The notes under the pieces: model-generated | Told to the model about the DNA's origin: nothing | Databases searched by the model: none | What the model saw: the letters and a program-made list of their open reading frames with translations, nothing else | Program-made: the position numbers and the translations under genes | Origin: Candidatus Sysuimicrobium calidum | Lineage (GTDB): Bacteria > Sysuimicrobiota > Sysuimicrobiia > Sysuimicrobiales > Sysuimicrobiaceae | NCBI GenBank assembly: GCA_031459935.1 | Contig: JAVKHN010000004.1 | Span: 14,041-78,040, forward strand | Direction: 5' to 3' | DNA length: 64,000 nucleotides | Shown here: positions 49,298 through 58,260 of the stretch, piece after piece | Layout of the letters: each line of letters starts with the position of its first letter | Position numbering within the stretch: position 1 is the stretch's first letter

Positions 49298-50152
49298 GTG
49301 CAGGGGATGGATTTCCCCCTGGCGCTCGAGCGCATCGTGGCCACGGCCCTGGAGGAGGATCTCCCCTGGGGGGACCTCACCACGGAATCCCTCTTTTCCA
49401 CACCCCTGAGGATCCAGGGGGAGGTGGTGGCAAAAAAGCCGGGGGTGATCGCGGGGCTTCCGGTCCTGGAGGCGGTCTTCCGACGGCTGGATCCGGAGGT
49501 GCGGATTGCCGTGCGGTGCGCGGAGGGTTCGGAGGTGGCGCCCGGACAGGCGGTGGCGGTGGTGGAGGGGGATGCCCGGGCGATCCTGGCGGGAGAGCGG
49601 GTGGCCCTCAACTTCCTCGGCCGTCTGAGCGGGATCGCCACCCTCACCCGCCGGTACGTGCAGGCCATCGCGGGCCTTCCCTGCCGGATCGTGGATACCC
49701 GCAAGACCACGCCGGGCCTCCGGATCCTGGAGAAGTACGCGGTGCGGGTGGGAGGAGGCGCAAACCACCGGTTCGGATTGAGCGACGGAGTGCTCGTGAA
49801 GGACAACCACCTAAGCCTCCTGCGGCGCGGGGGCATCTCCCTCCAGGAGGCCCTGGCGCGGATCCGATCCCGGGCGCCGCACGGGGTGCGGATCCAGGTG
49901 GAGGTGACGGACCTCGGACAGGTGGAGGAGGCATTGCAGGCCGGGGCGGACGCGCTGCTGCTCGACAACATGGACCTGGTGACCCTTCGGAGGGCGGTGG
50001 CCCTCTGCCAGGGCCGCGTCCTCACGGAGGCCTCCGGCGGCATCACCCTGGAGAACGTGCGGGCGGTGGCGGAGACCGGGGTGGACCTGATCTCCATAGG
50101 CGCCCTCACGCACTCCGCGCCCGCCCTGGACCTCAGCCTGGAGATCCCGTAG
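49298..50152 (+). CDS. nadC: Quinolinate phosphoribosyltransferase
   Basis: ERVALN, DTRKTTPG, HRFGL, KDNH, LLDNM, EASGG. Confidence 0.96.
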   Translation: MQGMDFPLALERIVATALEEDLPWGDLTTESLFSTPLRIQGEVVAKKPGVIAGLPVLEAVFRRLDPEVRIAVRCAEGSEVAPGQAVAVVEGDARAILAGERVALNFLGRLSGIATLTRRYVQAIAGLPCRIVDTRKTTPGLRILEKYAVRVGGGANHRFGLSDGVLVKDNHLSLLRRGGISLQEALARIRSRAPHGVRIQVEVTDLGQVEEALQAGADALLLDNMDLVTLRRAVALCQGRVLTEASGGITLENVRAVAETGVDLISIGALTHSAPALDLSLEIP

Positions 50153-50157
50153 CGTTT

Positions 50158-51144
50158 CTAGCGGTTGCGGTCCGCGGCCACTTCATAGTGGATGTTCTTG
50201 GCCTCGAAGAAGTTCGTGATCTCCGGCACGTCCACCTCCGTGGCCATCCAGGGGGCGGGGTTCGGGGTGTGGAAGTGGGCGCCCAATCCGAGTTCCTCCA
50301 GCCGCCGATCCGTGACGTACTCCACGTAGGCATTCAGCACCTCCGCATTCACCCCGATGAGAGGCTGAGGGAGCAGCGTGCGGTGGTAGTCCCGCTCCAG
50401 TTCCACCGCCCGGAGGATCAGACTCTTGAGTTCCCGGCCGAGCTCCGGGGTCAGCAGCGCCGGGTCCTGGACGAGGAGCTCGGTGATGAGGTGGATGCCG
50501 AAGCTCAGGTGCAGGCTCTCGTCCTTCAGGGTCCAGTCCACGATGGTCGCCAGCCCCCGCAGCAGGTTGCGGCGACGGAAGGTGTAGGCGAACAGGAACC
50601 CCCCGTAGAAGAACACCCCCTCCAGGATCACGTAGTAGCCCACCAGGTTGCGCAGAAACCGCCGGCGGTCCTCCACCCGGTCCATGTCCAGAGGCTCCAG
50701 CATGGGCCGGGCGAGCTCGGTGAGGAACACCTCCTTGGCCCGGACCGCGGGCTCGTCCCGGTGCAGCCGGAACACCTGCTCCCGGTCCACGGGGAGGGTC
50801 TTCAGCACGTACTCGAAGGCCATGGTGTGGTTCGCCTCCTCCCAGATCTGGCGGGCGAGGTACAACCGCACCTCCGGCGCGGTCACGTACCGGTAGATGG
50901 AGAGCACCAGGTTGTGGGTCACCAGCGACTCCATGGGGTTGAAGAACCCCAGCAGCACTTCCACGGCCCGCTTTTCCTCTCCGCTCAGGCGCAGCTCCCA
51001 GTCCCGGACGTCGTCCGCAAGCGCCACCTCTTCCGGAAACCAGGTGTTGCGCTTTCCCTGCTGGGCGTGGGCGTAGGCCCAGGGGTAGCGGAGGGGGAAG
51101 AGCTGGATGGGTTCGAGGGCGTCGCCTCCAATTAAAGGCCGCAT
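50158..51144 (-). CDS. nrdB: Ribonucleotide reductase beta subunit, class Ic (R2c)-type
   Basis: W.PEE, FFNPME, EEANHTMAF, EG.FFY.GF, DESLH, NFFE. Confidence 0.92.
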   Translation of the reverse strand: MRPLIGGDALEPIQLFPLRYPWAYAHAQQGKRNTWFPEEVALADDVRDWELRLSGEEKRAVEVLLGFFNPMESLVTHNLVLSIYRYVTAPEVRLYLARQIWEEANHTMAFEYVLKTLPVDREQVFRLHRDEPAVRAKEVFLTELARPMLEPLDMDRVEDRRRFLRNLVGYYVILEGVFFYGGFLFAYTFRRRNLLRGLATIVDWTLKDESLHLSFGIHLITELLVQDPALLTPELGRELKSLILRAVELERDYHRTLLPQPLIGVNAEVLNAYVEYVTDRRLEELGLGAHFHTPNPAPWMATEVDVPEITNFFEAKNIHYEVAADRNR

Positions 51145-51154
51145 ATGCCTCCTC

Positions 51155-53491
51155 CTACGAAGTGCAGGATTCGCAGCTGAGCTCGCACCGGTCCTCGGGG
51201 ACTTCCAGGTTCCACCGGAGCCTGCGACGGGCCTTGTTCACAGGAACGGTGCTGGGCTCCGCGTACATGCGGGGGGCCATGAACAGGTAGTAGGTGCTCT
51301 TGAGCCCCGCCCGCCAGGCCTCCAGGTACACCCGCTCCATGGCCTCCAGGGAGCGATCCTGGAGGTACAGGTTGCGGGAGATTCCCTGATCCACCCACTT
51401 CTGGGCCACCGCCGCCACCCGGATGTAGGCCTCGGGGGGGATCCGATAGGCGGTGCGGTGCACTTCCCGAAGCGCCTGCGGGATCTCCGCGATCCCCTCG
51501 AGGTCGCCCCGTTCCTCCAGGATGCGCGCCCGTACCCGCTCCCAAAGCCCCAATGCCTGCAATTGCTCCACCAGCACCCGGTTCAGCTCCAGGAACTTGC
51601 CCGAGAGGGTGGAGCGGGCGAAGACGTTGGCGTAGTAGGGGTCGATGCCGGGCGTGGTGCCCGCGAGCAGGCTGATGGTGGCGGTGGGAGCCAGGGCCAT
51701 CACGGTGCCGTTGCGCATCCCGCGTCGGCATCGGCTCCGCAGCGCATCCCACGGCAGCCGGGCGGACCGGTCCACCCGCACCTCTCCCCGCAGCCGCACG
51801 AGCTCCTCGAGGGTGTCCAGGGGCACCTGGCCCCGGGCCCACCGGCTCTCCGCAAAGGACGGAAAGGGGCCGCGCTCGGTGGCGAGCTCGCAGCTGCTCA
51901 TGATGGCCAAGTAGCTGATGAGCTCCACCACCCGGTCCGTGAAGGCACACGCGGCCTCGTCCCCGTAGCGCATTCCCAGACGCGCGAAGGCCTCCGCAAG
52001 CCCCATCACCCCTAGCCCCACGGGCCGCGCTCGGAGGTTGCCCGTGCGGGCCCGTTCGGTGGGGTAGAAGTTCAGGTCGATGACGTTGTCGAGGCCCCGC
52101 ATGGCAAGCCGCACCGTGCGCGCGAGCTTGCGTTCGTCCACCCCGTTCCGGGTGAGGTGGCGGGCGAGGTTGATGCTGGCGAGGTTACAGACCGCCATCT
52201 CCTCGGGGCTGGTGGGGAGGTGGATCTCGGTGCAGAGGTTGCTGGAATGGATCACCCCGGGGAGCATGCTGCGGACGTTGCTGGCGTCCTTGAAGGCGAT
52301 CCAGGGGTGGGAGGTCTCCTGAAGAGCGGCGAGGATCTCCCGGAAGAGCCCTCGGGCGCTCTCCACCCGCCAGGCCCGTTCGGGAAGTCGGCCGCCCTGG
52401 GCGTCCGCGATCCGGCGGCGGTAGGCCTCCCGGAAGGCCTCCCCCCACAGCTCCGGGAGCTCCGGGGTGTAGAGGGGGTCAAAGAGGTACCAGGGCTCGT
52501 CCCGCTCCACCCGCTCCAGGAACTCGTCCGGAATCCACAGGGCGGTGTTGAGGCTGGGAGCCCGCAGGTACGGGTCTCCGGAGTTGCGTTTGAGATCCAG
52601 GAACGAGCGGATCTCCAGGTGCCAGGGCTCCAGGTAGATGGCGAGGGTCCCGCGGCGGCGGCCGCCCTGACTGATGGCCTTGATGAGGGCGTCGAACAGG
52701 TGCACGAAGGGCACGATCCCGGAACTGGTGCCGTTGATGCCCCGCACGGGGGAACCCACGGCCCGCAGTTTCGTCACGGACGCACCGATGCCGCCCGCGT
52801 ACTTGGCGATCTGCCCGAACTCCACGCAGGACTGCAGGATATGGTCCATCTGATCGAGGACGTCCGAGACGTAGCAGCTGCTCAGCTGGTGGTGCGGGGT
52901 GCCTGCGTTGAAGAGGGTGGGGGTGCTGGGAAGGTAGTCGAACCGGCTCATGGCGTCGTAGAACGCGATGGCCCAGCGGTGCGGTTCTTCCTCCAAGAGG
53001 GAGAGCCCCATGGCGACCCGGAGGAACAGGTACTGCGGGAGCTCGAGGATCGCCCGGGTGTCCGGATCCCGTACCAGGTACCGGTCCGCAAGGGTATAAA
53101 GGCCGACAAGCGGCAATCGCTCGTCCCGCTCGGGGCGAAGGGCAGAGGCGAGGCGTTCGAGATCGAACCGCAAGAGCCTCTGATCGAGAGCCCCGGCCGC
53201 GCAGCCCCGCCGCACATACGAGACGAACCCGGCCCGGTAGGTCCGCGGATCCGGCTCCGGGGTTTTGAGCACCTCCCGGTACAGGAGCCGCAAGTAGAGG
53301 CGGCAGCTGAGCCGCTCGTAAGCGGGATCCTCGTGGATCCGAGCCTGCGCGGCCACCAGGGCCGCCTGCTCCCACTCCGCGGCACCGGCGTCCCGAAGGG
53401 CGGGGTCCTGCAGGAGACCTTCGAGGAGGCGTTGGGCTCGGGGAAGCCCGTAGGCGGTTCGTTCGAGCTGGGAGAGGGTTGCCGCGCGCAT
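51155..53491 (-). CDS. nrdA: Ribonucleotide reductase alpha subunit
   Basis: PSTPTLFNAG, QLSSC, SSNLCTE, APTAT, KSTYYL, C-terminal CESC; GGAGGTG RBS. Confidence 0.96.
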   Translation of the reverse strand: MRAATLSQLERTAYGLPRAQRLLEGLLQDPALRDAGAAEWEQAALVAAQARIHEDPAYERLSCRLYLRLLYREVLKTPEPDPRTYRAGFVSYVRRGCAAGALDQRLLRFDLERLASALRPERDERLPLVGLYTLADRYLVRDPDTRAILELPQYLFLRVAMGLSLLEEEPHRWAIAFYDAMSRFDYLPSTPTLFNAGTPHHQLSSCYVSDVLDQMDHILQSCVEFGQIAKYAGGIGASVTKLRAVGSPVRGINGTSSGIVPFVHLFDALIKAISQGGRRRGTLAIYLEPWHLEIRSFLDLKRNSGDPYLRAPSLNTALWIPDEFLERVERDEPWYLFDPLYTPELPELWGEAFREAYRRRIADAQGGRLPERAWRVESARGLFREILAALQETSHPWIAFKDASNVRSMLPGVIHSSNLCTEIHLPTSPEEMAVCNLASINLARHLTRNGVDERKLARTVRLAMRGLDNVIDLNFYPTERARTGNLRARPVGLGVMGLAEAFARLGMRYGDEAACAFTDRVVELISYLAIMSSCELATERGPFPSFAESRWARGQVPLDTLEELVRLRGEVRVDRSARLPWDALRSRCRRGMRNGTVMALAPTATISLLAGTTPGIDPYYANVFARSTLSGKFLELNRVLVEQLQALGLWERVRARILEERGDLEGIAEIPQALREVHRTAYRIPPEAYIRVAAVAQKWVDQGISRNLYLQDRSLEAMERVYLEAWRAGLKSTYYLFMAPRMYAEPSTVPVNKARRRLRWNLEVPEDRCELSCESCTS

Positions 53492-53609
53492 CGGACACCT
53501 CCGTCCGGATTTAGGTGGCTGGACCCCGGTGCCACGGAAGGGGACGGAGACGCCCCACGCCTGCGCAGCTTCCGCTTCGCCCCACTCCGCGAGGGCACCG
53601 CGGATCCGG

Positions 53610-53786
53610 CCTGCCGGCAGGTCTTCGGACTCGGGTTCCTCCGGGCAGAACGCCTTCCCAGGCTTGTGGCCCAGTGGCTGTACCGTTCTACCCGTCCCCC
53701 TCACCGCGGCGGGCCCGTCCCGGACTCACGCCCCTGGCAGGCGCTACACCGGCGTTCCCTTTTCACCCCAGAGGGGACCGGCAGGT
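53610..53786 (-). ncRNA. Cobalamin riboswitch
   Basis: GGT...AAAAGGGAA..CCGGTG...AGTCCGG...GCCACTGG...TGGGAAGG...GAGTCCGAAGACCTGCC B12 box on the minus strand, upstream of nrdA. Confidence 0.93.
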
Positions 53787-53832
53787 ACTAGATTTTGTGT
53801 TTGACTTGAGTCATAACACCTACATGTTGAGT
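53785..53832. promoter_or_regulatory. Tandem NrdR boxes
   Basis: gtaCtAgATtTtGtgt (53785-53800) and cacCtAcATgTtGagt (53817-53832), 32 bp apart, matching the CwAyATrTwG core. Confidence 0.8.
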
Positions 53833-53838
53833 TGTCAA
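53810..53838 (-). promoter_or_regulatory. Sigma70 promoter for nrdAB
   Basis: TTGACA-17 nt-TATGAC with an extended TG; one NrdR box lies in the spacer. Confidence 0.75.
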
Positions 53839-53910
53839 GCGGTGGATGCAGGCTGTTCGGAATCTCCTGACCGGGATGTAGGGAAGCGGATTTCCGGGGA
53901 TAATGGAGGC

Positions 53911-55524
53911 GTGACAAGGGTACAGCGACTCAGCGCGAGCGCCCTGGGCGTGGCGGTTCTGGTGGCGATTCTGGGCGCGATCCTGCTGGAGGCTCCCAGG
54001 GCCTGCACGGGCTGGCCTCTCTGCGGAGGGCGGTGGCTGCCGCCTCCGGGAGGGTTGGAGCTGGTGGAGTGGATCCACCGGCTTTTGGCCGCTCAGCTCG
54101 CCCTGCTCGTGCTGCTCCTCTGGCGGGCCGGCCTTAGAGAGGGGAGAGCGCTCCGCCTGGTCTCCCTGCTGAGCTTCCTCGTGGTTCTCGTGGAGGTGGG
54201 GGGGGGGGCCCGGATTGCGCTGGGGGGAGGTTCGTGGGTGTGGTCCAAGCTGCATCGCCTCCTGGGTGTCGGCTCCGTGTACCTGCTCGGGCTTGCGTGC
54301 GTGGCCGCGTTTGAGGCGTCCAAGGCCGCGTGGGACTGCAGGAAGGGGGTGCTCGTGGGGGCTCTGGGCCTCCTGGCGGTGGGGGTTGTGACCGTGGCGG
54401 GGGGGTGGGTGGCTGGACCTGCCGTGATCCTCATCGGGCTCGTGCTGGGCTGGAGGTTCACCGGTTCCGCCGTGGGATTTCTGGGAGCCGGGGTGGCCAT
54501 GATGGGAGCGGTGCTGCTGGGAGGCGACGTGCTGGGAACCGGGGGGTTGCGGGCGACGGTGGTGGACGCGGTGGCCGGAGTCGGCGTGGTGGGGGCCATG
54601 GGCGTAGCCGCGGGGCTGAGCGGGTTCGGGGGAGAGCGGGTTGCACGCCGGGAGGGGGAGGGAGGATTCCGGGCGTATCTGGAGCTCGGCAAACCCCGGA
54701 TCGTGCTGCTGCTGCTCGTGACCACGGCCTGCGCCATGTTTGCGGCCGCGGGCAGGGCGCTGCCGTGGGAGGTGGTGGCGGCCACGCTGGTGGGAGGAGC
54801 CCTGAGTGCCGCGGGCGCGAATGCCCTCAACCAGGTCCTGGATCGGGATGTGGACGCGGTGATGGACCGGACGAAGCACCGTCCCCTCGTGACCGGCCGG
54901 GTGCAACCTCCGCACGCGCTGGCATTCGGCGTGTTGCTGGGGCTTGCGTCCTTCGGGCTGCTGGCGGTCTTTGCGAACCTCCTAGCGGCCACGCTGGCCG
55001 CTCTCGGCTATCTCTTCTACGTACTGGTGTACTCCGTGTGGCTGAAGCGCAGTACGGATCTGAACATCGTGATCGGCGGCGCGGCAGGGGCCATCCCGCC
55101 GCTCGTGGGGTGGGCCGCGGTGACGGATCGGGTGGACCTCCTGGCCGTGGGGATGTTCCTGGTAGTGTTCCTGTGGACCCCGCCGCACTTCTGGGCCCTG
55201 GCCCTGGTGCGGCGGGAGGACTACGCCCGCGCGGGGATCCCCATGCTGCCCGTGGTGCGGGGAGAGGCACAGACCCGGCGGGAGATCCTGGTGTATGCCG
55301 CGGCCCTGGTGACCGCTACCCTGGGGATGGCGGGCCTGGGAGGTACGGGGCTTCTGTACGGGGCGTCCGCATCGCTGCTGGGTGCACTCCTGCTGCGGGG
55401 GGCGTGGCGGTTGTACCGGGAGAAGACCCTCCAGGCCGCCTGGTCCCTGTTCAAATTCAGCAACGCCTACCTGGCCCTGCTGTTTGCGGCCCTGGTGGCG
55501 GACCGGATCCTGCGCTTCGGTTAA
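53911..55524 (+). CDS. ctaB: Heme O synthase (protoheme IX farnesyltransferase) fused to an N-terminal CtaA/COX15-like segment
   Basis: C-terminal KPRI, DRDVDAVMDRT..RPL, NIVIGGAAG, WTPPHFWAL; N-terminal ACTGWPLC and EWIHR. Confidence 0.9.
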   Translation: MTRVQRLSASALGVAVLVAILGAILLEAPRACTGWPLCGGRWLPPPGGLELVEWIHRLLAAQLALLVLLLWRAGLREGRALRLVSLLSFLVVLVEVGGGARIALGGGSWVWSKLHRLLGVGSVYLLGLACVAAFEASKAAWDCRKGVLVGALGLLAVGVVTVAGGWVAGPAVILIGLVLGWRFTGSAVGFLGAGVAMMGAVLLGGDVLGTGGLRATVVDAVAGVGVVGAMGVAAGLSGFGGERVARREGEGGFRAYLELGKPRIVLLLLVTTACAMFAAAGRALPWEVVAATLVGGALSAAGANALNQVLDRDVDAVMDRTKHRPLVTGRVQPPHALAFGVLLGLASFGLLAVFANLLAATLAALGYLFYVLVYSVWLKRSTDLNIVIGGAAGAIPPLVGWAAVTDRVDLLAVGMFLVVFLWTPPHFWALALVRREDYARAGIPMLPVVRGEAQTRREILVYAAALVTATLGMAGLGGTGLLYGASASLLGALLLRGAWRLYREKTLQAAWSLFKFSNAYLALLFAALVADRILRFG

Positions 55525-55624
55525 CCCGCACGACCCCGCCGGAGGGCATTCCACAGCCAAGACGCGGTCTGTGCGTCCGTGGCCACGTGTTCAGGGCAGA
55601 GGGACCTTCGTTCGTCCTGCCCCG

Positions 55625-56911
55625 TTAAACGGGGCGCTGCTTCACAGAAGCCTCCTGCAGGACGGCCACCATCCACGAGACGCCCATGAGAAAGGTGTAC
55701 ACCACCGCTCCCGCGAAGAAGGCCCACCCGCCTGCAGCTGCAAGTCCCGGTGCCCCGAGCAGGATCCCCAAAGCCGCCAGGCTACTGCCGCCCACGCTCA
55801 GGACGAACGCCACAACCCCCTCCCGGGGAAAATATGGGGCCGCGAGCCGGGGAACCTCGTACGCGCTTAAGCCCTTCGCGTACCGGTAGTACCAGATGAG
55901 GAAGGGGGTCACCTTGTATAGCTGCCCCATGATGGCCCAGCTCACCCACCCGGCCAGCACCGCGAATCCGGCAGCAGACGCCACCCGCATCCCCTCAAGC
56001 CTTCCCACGAGCCACCCCAGGGCCAGTGTCACAAGGCCCAGGGTCTGGACCGCGATGGCCCACCAGTACCAAGTGGTGAGGTCCGGAGTCCGCTGGCGGG
56101 CTCCCCGGAAGAATCGCAGAAGGTCCCGGACGTACACCACACCCGCGAGGGCCACAAGCAGAACTCCTCCTCGCGCCAAGCCCGCCTCCGCCCGCATGGC
56201 CGCGATGACCAGGAGTGCCACGGAGACGTTCAGGAGCATAAGCAGCCACCGCAGGGCACCGTCTCCCTCTAGCCGCACCCCCGTGAACCGGGGCAGCAGG
56301 TAGTACGAGACGCTCACCACCAGCTGCCCAAACCACCCCACCATCCCCGCCGCCGCGTGCACGCCCACCCCAGCCCAGAGCAGGAGCCCCGGCGCGAAGG
56401 GGAACCGCCAGTTGAGGGCCATGAGCACGCCCCAACCCGCGGTGACGAACAGGAAAAGCACAGAGAGGAGCACGCCCGCCACAGGCAGACCCCATCGCCG
56501 GCGGTGGGGCACCATCCGCACCAGGAGGAACACGAACAGCCCCACGCCCGCCCAGAGGATCACCCCTCCAGCGGCTACCCAGCCAGCATCCTGCCGCAGA
56601 AACCCGGCAAGCACCAGGAACAATCCGAGGACGGCGAGGGCGAACTGCAGGAGGGCTGGCCGTCCCGGCCTCCGGGAGATTCCCAGCATGGCGGGGAACA
56701 GCTGGTGGAGCGCTCCCATGGCGGTGAAGGTTCCCCATCCCAGGGTCCCGAGGTGGTTGGCAGCAAGTATGGGCCAGCTGCGCGGGGAACCTGTGGCCAG
56801 GTCCCGGGCCACCCATGCCACCGCGGCCCCGAAGGCCGGGAGCACCAGCACGGCGGTGGCCAGGAAGGGCACGGCGAGGGAGAATCCGGGAAGTGCCACG
56901 AGCCGGCGCAC
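55625..56911 (-). CDS. Polytopic membrane protein with threefold GW...P repeat (heme-copper oxidase subunit I/NnrS-like)
   Basis: About 12 TM helices; repeats HLGTLGW...QLFP, HAAAGMVGW...LLP, LAGW...KVTP. Confidence 0.65.
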   Translation of the reverse strand: MRRLVALPGFSLAVPFLATAVLVLPAFGAAVAWVARDLATGSPRSWPILAANHLGTLGWGTFTAMGALHQLFPAMLGISRRPGRPALLQFALAVLGLFLVLAGFLRQDAGWVAAGGVILWAGVGLFVFLLVRMVPHRRRWGLPVAGVLLSVLFLFVTAGWGVLMALNWRFPFAPGLLLWAGVGVHAAAGMVGWFGQLVVSVSYYLLPRFTGVRLEGDGALRWLLMLLNVSVALLVIAAMRAEAGLARGGVLLVALAGVVYVRDLLRFFRGARQRTPDLTTWYWWAIAVQTLGLVTLALGWLVGRLEGMRVASAAGFAVLAGWVSWAIMGQLYKVTPFLIWYYRYAKGLSAYEVPRLAAPYFPREGVVAFVLSVGGSSLAALGILLGAPGLAAAGGWAFFAGAVVYTFLMGVSWMVAVLQEASVKQRPV

Positions 56912-56917
56912 GGAACG

Positions 56918-57862
56918 CTACGCCCGCGCAGAACTCCCGCGGATCCAGGGCAGGGCCGCGGCTCCTACTCCCACCAGCACAAGGACCCCCACCACGAGCC
57001 CCGGGAGGATCCGGGAAGGTGCTGCAAGACCGGAGACCTCCAGCACCACCGCGCGCCCGGTGGGCAGGTTCTCCCCCCAGATCCGGAGTATGCGCTTTCC
57101 CTGGACCGTGCGCCCCTCCCGCCGGGGAAGGGCCTCGCTGCGGGCCTCCAGGGGCTCGGGGGCGAACACGTCCAGGGTTGCCACCGGCAGGGTAACGGGG
57201 AGGGTCAAGTAGATCCGGCTCGTCCAGTAGGGGATTCGGTAGAAGAACACCATCTCCCGGAGGCCAGGGGTGACGGGTAGGGAGTCCACGAGGGCACCAT
57301 CGGCGTCCAGGCCCAGAGGCACCATGCCCTGCTGCACGGACACCTCCCGGGCGCCGGAGGGGAGCGCGATCCGCACGGTTCCGCCTTCGGAGCCCACGTA
57401 GGTCCGCGGCGCACGGTTCGCGAGCACCACCACCTCCCGCACCTCCAGGACACCCTCCTGCACCGGCTCCAGCAGGAGGGCGCGCCGCGCGAGCAGTAGA
57501 CCCCGCGGATCCCGGGTGGTCTCATACACCCGCACGGTGACTTCCAGTTGTCCGTCCGTGGGCTTTAGAGGCCCTACGGTGTAGGCCACACCCCGGTAGA
57601 AGGCTTGCACCGCGTATGCTCGAAACGAGGGATCCATCCGCACCGCGAACCGCCCCGCGGCGTCCGTGCGGGCCACTTGCTCCTGCGGCTCTCGTCCCGC
57701 GGACATCCCCAGCACCCGTATCTCTGTTCCCCCCACGGGCCGGCCCGTCTCCCCGTGCACTACCCGGCCGGAGACGAGCAGGGGCTTGGAGGCAGAAACC
57801 CTGCCGGGGATCAGCGCAAGCCCCAGGATCAGAAGCAGGGCCTTAAGAAAACGCGTCCTCAT
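56918..57862 (-). CDS. Exported beta-sandwich (carboxypeptidase regulatory-like) protein with C-terminal TM, ccm-associated
   Basis: Signal peptide, SGRVV...TDAAGRF, C-terminal anchor; overlaps ccmH. Confidence 0.7.
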   Translation of the reverse strand: MRTRFLKALLLILGLALIPGRVSASKPLLVSGRVVHGETGRPVGGTEIRVLGMSAGREPQEQVARTDAAGRFAVRMDPSFRAYAVQAFYRGVAYTVGPLKPTDGQLEVTVRVYETTRDPRGLLLARRALLLEPVQEGVLEVREVVVLANRAPRTYVGSEGGTVRIALPSGAREVSVQQGMVPLGLDADGALVDSLPVTPGLREMVFFYRIPYWTSRIYLTLPVTLPVATLDVFAPEPLEARSEALPRREGRTVQGKRILRIWGENLPTGRAVVLEVSGLAAPSRILPGLVVGVLVLVGVGAAALPWIRGSSARA

Positions 57863-58256
57863 CGGAATCAGGCCAGTCCTCTTCCGGGCGCAATCCGGCA
57901 CCCGTCCTCCCGAACCGCGCCACCACGTACGCGAGCCCGCCCAGGATGGCCAGGGCGGGCGCCAGCCACACGAGAGCCCCCAACCCGCGTCGAGGCGGTT
58001 CCGCGAGGATCCCTTCCCCGTACCGCTCCACGAAGTACGCCACGATGGCCTCCGGCGACTCCCCGCGCTGCAGCCGCTCGCGGATGAGGGCCCGCATCTG
58101 GGCCGCGAGCTCCGAGGTGGACTCCGCCACCGTGCGGCCCGCGCACACCGGACACATGAGCCGGCTCGCCACCTCCCGCACCCGGTCCTCGAGGCTCGAT
58201 GCGGAGGCGATCACGGCGAGGGCGAGCACCAACCCCACGGATACGAGTCCGCGCAT
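57843..58256 (-). CDS. ccmH: Cytochrome c biogenesis protein CcmH
   Basis: LMCPVC, YFVERYGEGIL..PP, LVWLAP. Confidence 0.93.
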   Translation of the reverse strand: MRGLVSVGLVLALAVIASASSLEDRVREVASRLMCPVCAGRTVAESTSELAAQMRALIRERLQRGESPEAIVAYFVERYGEGILAEPPRRGLGALVWLAPALAILGGLAYVVARFGRTGAGLRPEEDWPDSDEDAFS

Positions 58257-58260
58257 CCGC

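Noticed and set aside
53492-53704. N-terminal extension of nrdA given by the ORF track
   Set aside because: It overlaps the cobalamin riboswitch; a strong RBS precedes ATG 53491
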